DNA from: Candidatus Odinarchaeota archaeon
GTDB lineage: Archaea > Asgardarchaeota > Odinarchaeia > Odinarchaeales > Odinarchaeaceae
Length of the DNA: 6,064 nucleotides
Direction: 5' to 3'
NCBI GenBank assembly: GCA_038826135.1
Contig: JAWBON010000072.1
Location: 1-6,064 of the forward strand
In this document: positions 5,402-6,064 of the stretch, in pieces
Layout of the letters: every line of letters begins with the position of its first letter
Position numbering within the stretch: position 1 is the stretch's first letter
Translations under genes and position numbers: made by a program
The notes under the pieces: generated by a model
The model's input: only the letters and a program-made list of their open reading frames with translations
The model's database searches: none
Told to the model about the DNA's origin: nothing

Positions 5402-6064
5402 TTAATAGACTTCTCCAAGCATATTACATATAATCGAAATATCTTTATTACCATCATAGCTTATATCCATATGCCCTGGCAGAATATATTTCACATCTAA
5501 TTTAGATAACCGCTTAACAGAGTCACTTAACTGTGAGATGTTACCTGAAGGCAGGTCAACTCTACCGAATGACCCGCCGGCGAAAACGGTGTCGCCTGAG
5601 ATTAACAGTTTCTTATCCTCTTCGTAAAGACAGATGCTGCCCATCGTATGCCCTGGTGTGTGAATAACTCTAAAAGTATAAGGTTTAACCTTGATAAGCT
5701 GCCCGTCTTTAAGCGGAGTGTTAACCTTCACAGGTTTAAAAGAGGCCCCGAACATGTCTAGCAGCATCATAACTCTATCAGCTCTTTCAAGAAAAGGAGC
5801 TTCAGCTTCGAAAACACTAACATCCGGGTTGAATTCTTCAAGTAAACGGTTTAATCCCCCGCAATGATCAAAGTGGATGTGAGATAGAATAACGTTAACA
5901 ATTCTATCTGCGTTTAAACCGAGGCTTTTTATCCGACTGTAAAGATAATTTATGTTAACACCTGTTCCGCAGTCAACCATTATAAGTTCATCTTCACCAA
6001 TAAGATAACAGTTCGAATCATATAAAACACCGGGAATAAAGTAAAGATAATCTAGAACCTTCAT
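5402..6064 (-). CDS. MBL-fold metallo-hydrolase (glyoxalase II-like)
   Basis: HxHxDH motif (SHIHFDHCGG), HTPGHT, ISGD and LPGH metal ligands. The ATG falls at the window edge, so the start may extend further. Confidence 0.93.
   Translation of the reverse strand: MKVLDYLYFIPGVLYDSNCYLIGEDELIMVDCGTGVNINYLYSRIKSLGLNADRIVNVILSHIHFDHCGGLNRLLEEFNPDVSVFEAEAPFLERADRVMMLLDMFGASFKPVKVNTPLKDGQLIKVKPYTFRVIHTPGHTMGSICLYEEDKKLLISGDTVFAGGSFGRVDLPSGNISQLSDSVKRLSKLDVKYILPGHMDISYDGNKDISIICNMLGEVY

Noticed and set aside
1-6064. CRISPR array or tandem DNA repeats
   Set aside because: No regularly spaced nucleotide repeats were seen; the only periodicity found is at the protein level in 677..1369.

Overview
AT-rich archaeal chromosomal window. 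TACK/Asgard affinity is inferred from the gene content and was not tested. Plus strand: the 3' end of a tRNA-intron endonuclease catalytic subunit, then three uncharacterised genes (98 aa; a 230-aa zinc-ribbon + triple helical-hairpin protein resembling the CdvA coiled coil; a ~125-aa protein with 8 Cys). These converge on a minus-strand putative operon (ClC-CBS anion transporter -> 220-aa unknown -> small basic C2CH Zn-finger protein). An AT-rich divergent promoter region follows, then a class I SAM methyltransferase, a minus-strand tRNA-Val(UAC) that the ORF track does not show, and an MBL-fold hydrolase. Best signals: (1) the tRNA carries a 25-nt non-canonical intron at position 45/46 that folds into a relaxed bulge-helix-bulge, about 5 kb from the splicing endonuclease gene; (2) the Zn-ribbon/CdvA-like protein has a clear ~60-aa triple periodicity and sits in a cluster of unknown genes; (3) the ClC frame appears to lack its natural start unless a T7 run is slipped or mis-assembled. 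No integrase, transposase or CRISPR array was seen.
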